From: Gammaproteobacteria bacterium
GTDB taxonomy: Bacteria > Pseudomonadota > Gammaproteobacteria > JBCCGL01
Reading direction: 5' to 3'
Assembly: GCA_965277715.1 (NCBI GenBank)
Contig: OZ255836.1
Span: forward strand, 384,001-448,000
DNA length: 64,000 nucleotides
Below the pieces are notes generated by a model. That model was not told the origin of the DNA. It was given only the letters and a program-made list of their open reading frames with translations, and did not search any database. Both the position numbers and the translations under genes were made by a program. Shown here one piece after another: positions 1 through 9,760 of the stretch. Each line of letters opens with the position of its first letter. The stretch's first letter is position 1.

Positions 1-536
1 TGGATCAGGCCAAAGAGGGGCGTATCTATATACTGGGTGAAATGGGCAAAGTGATTTCCTCACCCCGGTCAGAACTGTCTGAGTTTGCACCGCGCTTTAT
101 CACCGTCAAGATTGACCCGGAAAAAATCGCCGCCGTTATCGGCAAGGGTGGTGCGGTGATTCGTGCCATGACCGAAGAGACCGGCGCCACTATCGATATT
201 GGTGATGATGGTTTGATCAAGATTGCCTCGGCAGACCGCTCGGCAGGTGAAGAAGCCAAACGCCGCATCGAGCTGATTACGGCTGATGTTGAAGTGGGTT
301 CTGTCTACGAAGGCAAAGTGCAGAAAATCATGGATTTTGGGGCATTTGTTAACATCCTACCGGGCAAAGACGGTTTAGTGCATATCTCGCAAATCTCTGA
401 AAAGCGTGTACAGAATGTCACTGATGAACTATCTGAGGGCCAGGTGGTACGTGTCAAAGTACTCGAAGTGGACAGGCAGGGTCGTATCCGGCTCAGCATG
501 AAAGCACTGCTTGAAGATGCGGCTGCTGTGGGATAA
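1..536 (+). CDS. pnp: Polyribonucleotide nucleotidyltransferase, 3' part (KH and S1 domains); 5' end outside the window
   Basis: KH motif IGKGGAVIR and S1 motif [21 protein letters not shown]...RIRLSMK. Confidence 0.97.
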   Translation, partial: DQAKEGRIYILGEMGKVISSPRSELSEFAPRFITVKIDPEKIAAVIGKGGAVIRAMTEETGATIDIGDDGLIKIASADRSAGEEAKRRIELITADVEVGSVYEGKVQKIMDFGAFVNILPGKDGLVHISQISEKRVQNVTDELSEGQVVRVKVLEVDRQGRIRLSMKALLEDAAAVG

Positions 537-567
537 GCGATTGGATCAAAACGGAAAATAAGAGTAG

Positions 568-598
568 AAAAAAAGGGGGGCTTTAGTCCCTCTTTTTT
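568..598 (+). terminator. Rho-independent terminator after pnp
   Basis: A7-GGGGGGC/GTCCCTC-T6 stem-loop. Confidence 0.75.
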
Positions 599-636
599 GT
601 TGAGCTAGTTGGGCTATTTGTTCACAGTTATAAAAA

Positions 637-1083
637 ATGAATGACGAAGACTACATGTTGCAGGCTCTGCAATTGGCACAGCAGGCCGAGTTGGCGAGTG
701 AAGTGCCGGTAGGTGCGCTGGTCGTTTTGGCGGGAGCAGTCATCGGGCAGGGCTGGAACCAACCAATTGGTCAGTGTGACCCCACGGCGCACGCTGAAAT
801 CGTCGCACTGCGACAGGCTGCACAGCTAATCGACAACTATCGACTGCCAGGCACTACGCTATACGTCACCCTCGAACCCTGTGTAATGTGTATTGGCGCG
901 CTGGTTCACGCACGCGTTGAACGTCTGGTGTTTGGTGCCCATGAACCACGTTCGGGGGCGGTTTGTAGTGCATTTACCCTCCTGGAACCGCATGCACATA
1001 ATCACTCGGTTGAGGTGGTAGAGGGGGTGTTGGCTGAACAGTGTGCGTCAGTGATGCGCGGGTTTTTCGCCAGGCGCCGTTGA
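637..1083 (+). CDS. tadA: tRNA adenosine(34) deaminase
   Basis: EVPVGA, DPTAHAE, LYVTLEPCVMC and FFARRR motifs. Confidence 0.96.
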   Translation: MNDEDYMLQALQLAQQAELASEVPVGALVVLAGAVIGQGWNQPIGQCDPTAHAEIVALRQAAQLIDNYRLPGTTLYVTLEPCVMCIGALVHARVERLVFGAHEPRSGAVCSAFTLLEPHAHNHSVEVVEGVLAEQCASVMRGFFARRR

Positions 1084-1085
1084 CA

Positions 1086-1571
1086 TTAATCTGAAGGGTC
1101 ATCCAAACCTGCTTCACCACCAAACAAGCCCAGCGTTAATCCCAAATCTACAGGTGCGAGGCCGGGGAATTCCGCTGCAATCACTTGTTCCAATATCGCA
1201 GGGTAAGATGGTGTACAGGAAATCGTATTGATATTTAGTTCCTGAATCACCTTAATTAAGCTTTTTGTACTGCCCACCCCATAGGGGATTACCATGGCGC
1301 CCGTTGCTTCAAGGCAAGCATGGTCGGTGTATCCACCCATCCGTAACTGATAATTCAGACAGTGAACGACACGGTGTTCGGCGGTAAGCCCGGACGCTTT
1401 TTGTGCTCGTCCGCCAACTGTAGCCGTCATTAGCGCATCGGGCATTGTCAGTGCGAGATTCATCACCGTTCCTGTTGTGCCTGAAGTGCGATGCAGCTTA
1501 ACCACTTTACTGTCCGACACTGCCAGGTAGCTTCCAAACGGTGGGTTGTTACGTTGATCCTGGCGTAGCAT
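1086..1571 (-). pseudogene. Internal fragment of a phenylacetate-CoA-ligase-like (AMP-binding) enzyme
   Basis: LHRTSGTTG loop, CTPSY and GGE motifs; only 161 aa, truncated at both ends. Confidence 0.75.
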
Positions 1572-1765
1572 TTCCTTAATCTTATCGGCTATCGTTGTGC
1601 CGCATTTGCCCCATAGTGGAATTTAGGTTCAACCCAGCCGAATACGATTAAAATTACTGTGTAAAGATTGGGGCTGTGGAAAGAATCAAGGCGCAAGAAC
1701 CGGGTGGTTTGTGATTTACAACCTCGCTAAATTAGCGCAATTATTTACTGGCAACACGTGACCGT

Positions 1766-2674
1766 ATGACCCAAAAACAACCCCCGAGTATCGACTTGAC
1801 ATCCGGTTTATTGTTGCTTGCACTGGCCACTGTGTGGGGAGGGTCATTTTTCTTCGCCGAAATAGCCCTGAGGGAAGTCCCGCCGTTAACGATTGCTCTT
1901 CATCGTGTCTTCTGGGCTGTCCCGGTGCTGTTTCTCGTTGTCTGGTGGCAGGGCATCAAGATTCCCCGGTCAATTTCAGCGTGGATATGCTACCTGGTGA
2001 TGGGTGCATTGAACAATGCCATTCCATTTTCGCTGATATTTTGGGGGCAGGTGACTATCGATAGTGGCCTTACTTCTATTTTGAACGGCACAACGGCGGT
2101 TTTTGGGGCAGTCGTCGCGGGTGCATTACTTGCCGATGAGCCGCTGACAGCACGTAAAATTATCGGTGCCATATTCGGTGTTTTTGGTGTGGCTGTGATC
2201 ATGGGCCTCAATGCGTTGACCAGTTTCGATCTACACAATCTGGCTCAGCTCGCTATTCTGGGGGCTGCCTTATCCTATGCATTCGCCGGTGTTTGGGGCA
2301 AGCGTTTTCTTTCGCGTTACCCGCCGGTTATGAATGCCTTTGGAATGTTGGTCGGCGGCACTGTTCTCATGCTCCCTGTTGCAATTTTTACTGAAGGGTT
2401 GCCGGTTCTGACACTCTCGACGGAAGTGTGGGCTTCTCTCATCGCTGTCGCAATATTTTCAACCGCCGTGGCTTATCTCCTCTACTTTGAGATTCTTGTG
2501 CGGGCGGGGTCTTCAAACCTTATGCTGGTAACGCTGTTGATTCCACCCATCGCGGTTGGTCTGAGCGTTACATTTCTCGGGGAGGAACTGGAGTATGAAG
2601 CATGGATTGGTTTTGGATTAATCGCTGTCGGTCTCGCCGTGACCGATGGCAGGCTGTTGGATCGGCTACGTTGA
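1766..2674 (+). CDS. DMT/EamA family transporter
   Basis: About ten hydrophobic segments, WGGSF start, two EamA repeats ending LGEEL. Confidence 0.9.
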   Translation: MTQKQPPSIDLTSGLLLLALATVWGGSFFFAEIALREVPPLTIALHRVFWAVPVLFLVVWWQGIKIPRSISAWICYLVMGALNNAIPFSLIFWGQVTIDSGLTSILNGTTAVFGAVVAGALLADEPLTARKIIGAIFGVFGVAVIMGLNALTSFDLHNLAQLAILGAALSYAFAGVWGKRFLSRYPPVMNAFGMLVGGTVLMLPVAIFTEGLPVLTLSTEVWASLIAVAIFSTAVAYLLYFEILVRAGSSNLMLVTLLIPPIAVGLSVTFLGEELEYEAWIGFGLIAVGLAVTDGRLLDRLR

Positions 2675-2729
2675 CACCGTTAAGATCTCACCCTACCGCC
2701 TCACGATGTGCATCTCTCATACCTTTTCC

Positions 2730-3059
2730 TTAAATGCCAGCAGCCCCCACCAAACAGGCGCTCTCCCTCTGGCTCTTTACGCATTTCGAGCACTTCGGGA
2801 ATGCCTTCGGCGTATATCACGCCCTGATCGCTATGGTGGCAAAACAATGGGCCAAAATGACTGACAAAATCGCGCAGTGCGGCGGCGCTGAGTGCTTGTC
2901 CGGGGAGTGCCAATACCAGGTATTGGTCCAATGACTGGTTAATGTAATCAACGAGCTGTTGGCTGGGGTCAGCGCTTAATTGCAGCCCTTTAACCTAAAT
3001 TCTGCACCCAATGCCGGGGTTATCGGTGAGAGGTCACTGGATACACGGGGTTTACACAT
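2730..3059 (-). pseudogene. Frameshifted N-terminal remnant of a TauD/TfdA-family dioxygenase
   Basis: LSPITPALGAE from ATG 3059, then YLVLALPGQAL...FVSHFGP and PEVLEMRKEP...FGGGCWH in a different frame. Confidence 0.7.
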
Positions 3060-3087
3060 TCTTAAAAGTAAAACAGTTCAGGGGTTT

Positions 3088-3435
3088 TTATGCCGGGGCT
3101 GGTGATATATCTTCGGTTGAAATAGTAATGGCCCTGTCTTTATCAAAACCACCCGAGAGGATTTTACGCCTGGCCATTTCCCGAATGTGTAATTGGTTTT
3201 CCATAAAGTACGCCTGCACGTTTTTTTCTTCCTCATCGCTTTGTGCAAAGCTGTTTAGGGTGTGCTCGTCGACCCAGCAAATGTGGGGTTCACCATCGAT
3301 CAGCGCCCAAAACTTCATGGCATTGCGGGCGGCGCTCCATTCGTACTGTTCGTAAAATGTAATTTCTTGCATCGTCGTCGCCAGTGTCGATTTGCGTGGC
3401 GCCAATCCTAACAGAGAAAACCAGCAGTGTAACAA
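3088..3435 (-). CDS. Small hypothetical protein (DUF1488-like); real start probably at internal MQEITF
   Basis: FWALIDGEPHICWV...ITISTEDI resembles DUF1488 proteins. Confidence 0.45.
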   Translation of the reverse strand: MLHCWFSLLGLAPRKSTLATTMQEITFYEQYEWSAARNAMKFWALIDGEPHICWVDEHTLNSFAQSDEEEKNVQAYFMENQLHIREMARRKILSGGFDKDRAITISTEDISPAPA

Positions 3436-3546
3436 CGCTTAAATCGTCAAATAATACCCTCTACAACCCGCTAATTTAGCAATATATTTTGTTAATTAAT
3501 AAGTTAAGTCCTATAGTTAAATTCAATTATATAATTGAGAATACCC

Positions 3547-5097
3547 CTAATAATAGGCCCTGTCCGGCATACTGGCTTTTCGCTCAGCGATATAGGCTTG
3601 TAATGCTTCGTCAATCGCTGGGTCCAGCCCTGGGTCCTGGTATTGTTCAAGCTGCCGTTTCCACTGAGTATTAGCGCGGGTGGCGGCATCCTTGCTCCCC
3701 TCCGCAACCCACTGTTCGTAGGCGTTGCTATCGCTGGATTCTGACGAGTAGAAGGCACTGAGAAAGTTGTTCTGGGTGTGCGCGCTGGAGAGAAAGTGCG
3801 CACCAGGCCCCACTTCGCGAATAGCATCCATCGCCAGCGCATTGGTCGATAAGTCGACTCCGGCAAAGAAACTGGCCACTTTGCCACATAGGTCGGCATC
3901 GATCAGGGTCTTTTCAAAGCTGGTTACCAACCCACCCTCTAACCAACCGGTCGCATGGTTAATCACGTTGGCCCCGGCCAACATCGACATCAACAGTCCC
4001 CAGGTGGCTTCTTGCTCCGATTGCGCATCGGGGACTTTTGAAGAAGACAAGGTGCCCACTGTGTGCAGCGGGACACCGAGTCGCCGCGCCAACTGACCAG
4101 AGGCCAATACCATTTTCCCCGCCTCCGGTGTGCCGAATGTGGGGGCGCCGCTTTGCATCGAAATAGTGCTGGCGAAGCTACCCATTAAACACGGCGCGCC
4201 GGGGTTTATCAGTTGTACTAATGCCAGGCAGGCGAGTGCCTCGGCCAATACCTGGGTGAGGGTGCCCGCGACTGTACACGGGCTCATCGCCCCGGCCAGT
4301 GTCCAGGGTGTGCAGGCCACCGGTTGGTTATTGCGGGCATAGGTTTTCAGCGCCCCGGACATGTTTGCATCCAGCACCAGCGGTGCATTGGTGTTACTGA
4401 CACAGTAGAGCACCGGGTTATCGCGCACAAAGTGTTCGCCAAAAACTATCCTGGCCATGTTCACCGAATCCTGGGCGCGCTCGGCGCCGATCAAGGCACC
4501 AAAACAGGCCCTGTCTGAATAGCGGAAATGGGTGTACAGCATATCCAGATGGCGCTTATTGGCCGGTAGGTCGACCGGCTCGCAGACCACCCCACCGGAG
4601 TGGTGCAAATAGGGAATGGTGTGGTGCAACTTGACCAGTGTGCGAAAATCATCCAGCGTGCCGTAGCGCCGCCCCCTATCCAGATCAGAGACAAAAGGCG
4701 GCCCCCACGAAGGGCACAGCACCGTGTTGTCACCACCGATAATCACCGTATTGTCTGGGTTGCGTGCGTGTTGTTTAAATTGCCGGGGGGCGGTTTTCTG
4801 CACAATGGCGCGGCACATGCCAGGTTCGAAGCGCACGCGGGTGTTTTGTACATCGGCGCCAGCCTGATGAAACAGGTGCAGAATTTCAGGGTCGTCGTGA
4901 AACTCCATGCCGGTTTCCTGTAACAGCCTATCGGCATTGTGTTCGATCAATGCCAGGCCCTCTTCGTCGAGTACATTGAAGGTGCCGAGTTTGCGCTGGA
5001 TATAGGGCGAGCGAACAGCGCTGGATGTAGCGCGCTCGACTTGTTTTTGGCTGCGCCCGCCCGCCCGTCGCTTGCGCGGTTTAAGCTGTTTAGACAT
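3547..5097 (-). CDS. Trimethylamine methyltransferase (MttB) superfamily protein, non-pyrrolysine type
   Basis: Arg-rich N-terminus, GRRYGTLDDF, CEPVDLP, GAMSPCT, SGAPTFGTPE, GWLEGGL, EVGPGAHFL; no internal amber codon. Confidence 0.92.
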   Translation of the reverse strand: MSKQLKPRKRRAGGRSQKQVERATSSAVRSPYIQRKLGTFNVLDEEGLALIEHNADRLLQETGMEFHDDPEILHLFHQAGADVQNTRVRFEPGMCRAIVQKTAPRQFKQHARNPDNTVIIGGDNTVLCPSWGPPFVSDLDRGRRYGTLDDFRTLVKLHHTIPYLHHSGGVVCEPVDLPANKRHLDMLYTHFRYSDRACFGALIGAERAQDSVNMARIVFGEHFVRDNPVLYCVSNTNAPLVLDANMSGALKTYARNNQPVACTPWTLAGAMSPCTVAGTLTQVLAEALACLALVQLINPGAPCLMGSFASTISMQSGAPTFGTPEAGKMVLASGQLARRLGVPLHTVGTLSSSKVPDAQSEQEATWGLLMSMLAGANVINHATGWLEGGLVTSFEKTLIDADLCGKVASFFAGVDLSTNALAMDAIREVGPGAHFLSSAHTQNNFLSAFYSSESSDSNAYEQWVAEGSKDAATRANTQWKRQLEQYQDPGLDPAIDEALQAYIAERKASMPDRAYY

Positions 5098-5102
5098 AGT
5101 GT

Positions 5103-7595
5103 TTAACCTCGCATACGCGTCCCATCGGGATCATAAGCCGCTTGTGCCAAAGGCTGTAGCGGGTAGCGTTTACCGGCGACAGCGATCTCATAGTGTTTAC
5201 CGAGTAAGTGTTGTTTGGAGGTGCTAGGCTCACAGGCGATATACGCCATGCACAGGGTCTTGCCCGTGCGAAAACCGCGCCCGCCGGAAGTGGTGTGGCC
5301 AAGTAATTGGCCGTCGCTGTAGATAGGCTCGTCGTGCAACAGTATGGGAGGGTGTGCGGTGTCTATCGCAAACGACAATAAACGTTGGCCAGGGCAGTTT
5401 TTACGCTGTTCCAGCAGTGCCGCCTGGCCGCTGAATTCATCGGGCTTATCCCACGCCACGGCAAAATCCAGCCCGGCCTCCAGCGGGGTCTCCCGTGGGC
5501 CTATATCGTGCCCCCAGTGGCAAAACCCCTTCTCAATACGGCAGGCATCCAGGGCCAGGTGGCCTGCGTGCAACAAGTCAAACTGCCTGCCTGCATCAAT
5601 AATCGCGTGGTATACCGTCAATGCCCACTCGGTGGGAATGTAAAGCTCCCAGCCCAGTTCACCGCTAAAACTGACCCGCATAGCGCGCACTATGGCATTG
5701 CCAATATCGATCAATTGGGTTGTGGCAAAAGGAAATGATGCCTTGGATAGGTCGACACTGCTCAAGGATTGTAACAACGCACGGGCGTGCGGGCCGACCA
5801 CTCCCAGCACCGCCTCAGTCGATGTGGCGTCAAACACACTGGCGTTGAATGGCCGTGTGTCGCGTTGCCGGTGTAACCACTGTTGATCGCGGTAACGGGT
5901 GGCCGCCCCGCTGATAACCCGAAACGTGGTTTCACCATGGCGGGCGATAGTGACATCGGCCTCTATACCGCCGTGGCGGTTGAGAAACTGGCCATAAACG
6001 GTTTGCCCGATGGCTATATCCACATCGTTTGCACACGTGTACTGCAACAAGGCCAGCGCATCATTGCCCGCTATATCGAGCTTAGTGAAAGGGGACAACT
6101 CCAACAGCGCGACGCGATCGCGCATTGCATCGCATTCCCGCTGTGCGGCAGGCCACCAGTTTTGTTCCTTATAACTGTAGTGAATAGTGTGTTCTGCAGG
6201 GGTTTTTGCAAACCACAGTGGGCGCTCCCACCCCGTTGGGGCGCCAAAAAAAGCCCCGTTATCACTCAGTACCTGGTGTAGGGTCGAGCGGCGCAGGTTG
6301 CGCCCGGCCAGCGCCTGCTGGTGTGGCCAATGCATGGCAAATACATCGGCAACGGCCTCTTGCATACGCGTCTTCAGGTAAACGGGGCTGGCGACATGGC
6401 GATCAAACCGCGCTATATCCACCGCCCACAAATCCATCGATGGTTCACCGTTCATTAGCCACTCGGCCATCACCCTGCCAACACCAGCCGATGACATCAT
6501 CCCGGTGGAATTCATCCCGGCGGCAACAAAGAAATGCTTTAGAAAAGGCGATTCGCCAAGCAATTGCCGCGAGTCCGGTGTAAAGCTTTCAGGCCCATTC
6601 ATAAAGTGCTGGATACCGGTATCGGCTAACACGGGCAGGCGTTCCAGTGCCGCCGTCATAAAGGGTTCAAACTGATCCCAATCTTCCGCCATCTCCAGAA
6701 AGGCGTGATTACCTTGTGGGCCGTTGGCGGGCCAGGGTTTTGCATTCGCTTCAAAACCGCCGATAAGCAACCTCCCCGCGTCACCTTTGATATACGTGCC
6801 GCGATCCAGGTCGCGCATAACCGGGTAGGGTGTTGGCAAACCTGTGACCGGCTCGGTGACCACATACATATGCTCGACAGCCTGCAAGGGAATAGGCACA
6901 CCTGCCAATACACCAATATGGTGCGCCCAGACACCGGCACAATTAATTAATTTATCGCAGCGAATCGTCTCACCGCCTGTCAACTGAACACTGTGCACTG
7001 CACCGTTTTGTGTATGAATAGCGGTAACGTCAGTGTGTTCGCGCAATTCGATACCATTACCCCGCGCCGATTTCGCATAGGCCATACAGATATCGACGGG
7101 GTTTGCCTGCGCATCGGTGGGTACATACAGCGCACCTGCAAGATCATCAGTGCGCAAATAGGGTTCCCGGATCGCCAGCTCAGTAGCACTGACAATTTCC
7201 GCTTCAATGCCCGTCATCTCACCTATCGCCGCCACACGGCGCAGTGCGTGCAAACGATCCTGAGTACGGGCTAACCAATACCCCCCCGTTTGCCGGTAGC
7301 CGGTTGACTGACCTGTTTCAACTTCAAGTTGCGGCAACAATTCACTGGCATAAGCGGCGATACGCGTCATATTCATACTCGCACGCAACGGGCCGACAAT
7401 CCCTGCTGCGTGCCATGAAGTGCCGCTGGTCAACTGATTCCGCTCCAGCAACAACACATCGTCGGCCCCCAGCTTACCGAGATGGTAGGCTACCGACAGG
7501 CCGATAACCCCACCACCGACAATGACTATCTTTCTCGATTCCCGATTTGCCACGAAACCTTGCTGCGCGTAAAAAGTAATACCGCTATTTTCCAC
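5103..7595 (-). CDS. FAD-dependent oxidoreductase with GcvT domain (dimethylglycine/sarcosine dehydrogenase-like)
   Basis: GGGVIG FAD motif, SGTSWHAAG, NGPESFTPD, GWERPLWF, SFSGELGWELY, RIEKG. Confidence 0.93.
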   Translation of the reverse strand: MENSGITFYAQQGFVANRESRKIVIVGGGVIGLSVAYHLGKLGADDVLLLERNQLTSGTSWHAAGIVGPLRASMNMTRIAAYASELLPQLEVETGQSTGYRQTGGYWLARTQDRLHALRRVAAIGEMTGIEAEIVSATELAIREPYLRTDDLAGALYVPTDAQANPVDICMAYAKSARGNGIELREHTDVTAIHTQNGAVHSVQLTGGETIRCDKLINCAGVWAHHIGVLAGVPIPLQAVEHMYVVTEPVTGLPTPYPVMRDLDRGTYIKGDAGRLLIGGFEANAKPWPANGPQGNHAFLEMAEDWDQFEPFMTAALERLPVLADTGIQHFMNGPESFTPDSRQLLGESPFLKHFFVAAGMNSTGMMSSAGVGRVMAEWLMNGEPSMDLWAVDIARFDRHVASPVYLKTRMQEAVADVFAMHWPHQQALAGRNLRRSTLHQVLSDNGAFFGAPTGWERPLWFAKTPAEHTIHYSYKEQNWWPAAQRECDAMRDRVALLELSPFTKLDIAGNDALALLQYTCANDVDIAIGQTVYGQFLNRHGGIEADVTIARHGETTFRVISGAATRYRDQQWLHRQRDTRPFNASVFDATSTEAVLGVVGPHARALLQSLSSVDLSKASFPFATTQLIDIGNAIVRAMRVSFSGELGWELYIPTEWALTVYHAIIDAGRQFDLLHAGHLALDACRIEKGFCHWGHDIGPRETPLEAGLDFAVAWDKPDEFSGQAALLEQRKNCPGQRLLSFAIDTAHPPILLHDEPIYSDGQLLGHTTSGGRGFRTGKTLCMAYIACEPSTSKQHLLGKHYEIAVAGKRYPLQPLAQAAYDPDGTRMRG

Positions 7596-7694
7596 GTGCC
7601 ACCTGCGTTTACAATGAAAATAAGAACAAAAATTTTGCTACACGAAGACACAACCCCCACACCACCAGCAACCTGCTTTCCACAGAAACAGTTG

Positions 7695-7746
7695 GCGTAC
7701 GACTGTATGGATACAGGAGCTAGAGCAACGCAGGAGCAGTTGCCGA
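7695..7746. repeat. Short double-hairpin dispersed-repeat-like element
   Basis: GCGTACGA-CTGTAT-GG-ATACAG-GAGCTAGA-GCAAC-GCAGGAGCA-GTTGC-CGA; two adjacent stems in an intergenic region; single copy in this window. Confidence 0.5.
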
Positions 7747-7930
7747 CACCTGCATTGATTGGCTAGGTGTTACTTGCAGTGCGCCTAGAAAATGCCAATA
7801 AGAACACTGACTTTTAGCGCACTGGGTTTAAACACCACGAGCGAAACCCTATAGAAACTACGCCCCACCTTGAAACAAACTCCTCACCAATTCAGAATTG
7901 ACAGCGCATCAAAAAATAAATGAGAACCCC

Positions 7931-8440
7931 ATGCCTGAAATAACCAGCTACCGCTCACCAAAAATAGAGGTACGCAACACCAGCCTAAGTGGCCGGGGCG
8001 TATTTGCCCGCGAACCCATTTGTGCCAAAGAAATTATCGCAATCAAAGCAGGGCACATCGTCAACCGCGAACAAGTCGAGCGCATCACCCGTGAGATCGG
8101 TGACTACAGCCTACAAATTCACGATGACTTCTACCTAACCCCCATCAGCGAAGAAGAAGTCACGCAAACCACTATCTTTATCAACCACTCCTGCGATGCC
8201 AACGTCGGGTTTCGCGGCCAGGTCATCTATATCGCTATTCGCGACATCAATGCCGGTGAAGAGCTATGCCACGACTACGCAATGGCGCGCACCGACGGCT
8301 ATACCCTCGACTGTCACTGCGGCGCCGCCGACTGCCGTGGCACAGTGACCGGAAAAGATTGGCAGCGCCCCGATGTGCAGGCAAAATACGGCGAGTATTT
8401 CATCGATTATGTGCTCGAAAAAATCCGCTCAGGCATATAA
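7931..8440 (+). CDS. SET-domain protein with post-SET Cys motif
   Basis: GRGVFA, FINHSCDAN, AIRDINAGEELCHDY, CHCGAADCRG. Confidence 0.92.
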   Translation: MPEITSYRSPKIEVRNTSLSGRGVFAREPICAKEIIAIKAGHIVNREQVERITREIGDYSLQIHDDFYLTPISEEEVTQTTIFINHSCDANVGFRGQVIYIAIRDINAGEELCHDYAMARTDGYTLDCHCGAADCRGTVTGKDWQRPDVQAKYGEYFIDYVLEKIRSGI

Positions 8441-8547
8441 CCTCGCTGAAGGTAAGCTTATTGGGACATTTCAGCGCTAAACCCGCATAATTGACTATTT
8501 TACATTCACCGTCTATTTACACCTTTAAAAACAATAGGATTCAATCC

Positions 8548-9555
8548 ATGCATCTAGCACGCTTTAACAAAGTGACCCTGGGTCATTTTCCAACCCCGTT
8601 AGAACCCCTCGAAAACCTGACACGCTCGCTCGATGGCCCCAATATTTTCATTAAACGCGATGATTGCACCGGCCTGGCCAGTGGCGGTAACAAAACCCGT
8701 AAGCTCGAATTTTTGGTTGGTGAAGCGATTGCACAAGGTGCCGATACGCTGGTAACCCAGGGCGCCACACAGTCTAACCATGTGCGCCAAACGGCGGCGG
8801 CGGCGCGCCGGGTGGGAATGAAATGCCACGCTTTGCTGGAGCGCCGGGTAATAAACCAGGGTGACGATTATGAACGCGCTGGCAATGTGTTACTCGATGA
8901 CATTCTGCAATGCAGCTATGAGTTCCTTGACGAAGGCCCGGATATGAATGCCGAAGCCATTGCCTGTGGTGAAAAGCTGCGCGAACAAGGGGCTAAGCCC
9001 TACGTGATTCCCGGCGGTGGCTCCAACCCGATTGGTGCCTTGGGCTATGCTGCCTGTGCCGCTGAGCTGGTTGCCCAGGCCGATGCGCGTGGTTTGAAGA
9101 TTGACAAAATCGTCCAGGCGACAGGCAGCGCAGGCACCCAGGCCGGGTTGGTTGCCGGTCTGCACGCCATCAACGCCCCGATTGATGTCATTGGTGTTTC
9201 AGTGCGCGCACCGCGCCAGACACAAATCGACAATGTACACCGCCTGGCCTGCCTGACCTCTGAACTGCTTGGCGTCAAAACCCCACCTGAAAAATCCCTG
9301 TTTGAAGTCTACGATGGTTATGTGGGGGATGGCTACGGCCAGCCGACAGCGGGTATGGTCGAAGCGGTACAAATGTTCGCCCAACAGGATGCTATTTTGC
9401 TCGATCCGGTTTATTCCGGTAAAGGGGCCGCCGGTATGATCGACCTGATTCGCAAAGGCGTCCTTAAAAAGGGCGAGAACGTTGTCTTCCTGCACACAGG
9501 TGGCGCAGCCGCATTATTTGCCTATTCGGCACAGTTTTCTGCGAGTGGTATGTAA
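8548..9555 (+). CDS. PLP-dependent D-cysteine desulfhydrase / L-cysteate sulfo-lyase (CuyA-like) family lyase
   Basis: IKRDDCTG..GGNKTRKLEF, GATQSNH, IPGGGSN, GSAGTQAG, LLDPVYSGK, FLHTGG; start placed at MHLARF. Confidence 0.9.
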   Translation: MHLARFNKVTLGHFPTPLEPLENLTRSLDGPNIFIKRDDCTGLASGGNKTRKLEFLVGEAIAQGADTLVTQGATQSNHVRQTAAAARRVGMKCHALLERRVINQGDDYERAGNVLLDDILQCSYEFLDEGPDMNAEAIACGEKLREQGAKPYVIPGGGSNPIGALGYAACAAELVAQADARGLKIDKIVQATGSAGTQAGLVAGLHAINAPIDVIGVSVRAPRQTQIDNVHRLACLTSELLGVKTPPEKSLFEVYDGYVGDGYGQPTAGMVEAVQMFAQQDAILLDPVYSGKGAAGMIDLIRKGVLKKGENVVFLHTGGAAALFAYSAQFSASGM

Positions 9556-9672
9556 CTGAACCCGTCAATATAAGGTAGACGGTGTACTAGTCACTGCAAT
9601 ATCCCTGAAAACAGTTTTACTACAGCTTTACTACGGTGTGTATCTAAAAGTGCATTTTTAGACCTACACTGA

Positions 9673-9697
9673 ATAAGCAGGTAAGCTACCTGCTTAT
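9673..9697. promoter_or_regulatory. Perfect 11-bp inverted repeat upstream of the ABC transporter (operator or 5' stem)
   Basis: ATAAGCAGGTA-AGC-TACCTGCTTAT. Confidence 0.45.
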
Positions 9698-9760
9698 CTT
9701 TCGAGTAAAAACAGTCGCGCAGTGCGACAACAACTTAAATCCTAACTAGGAGGAATAACT

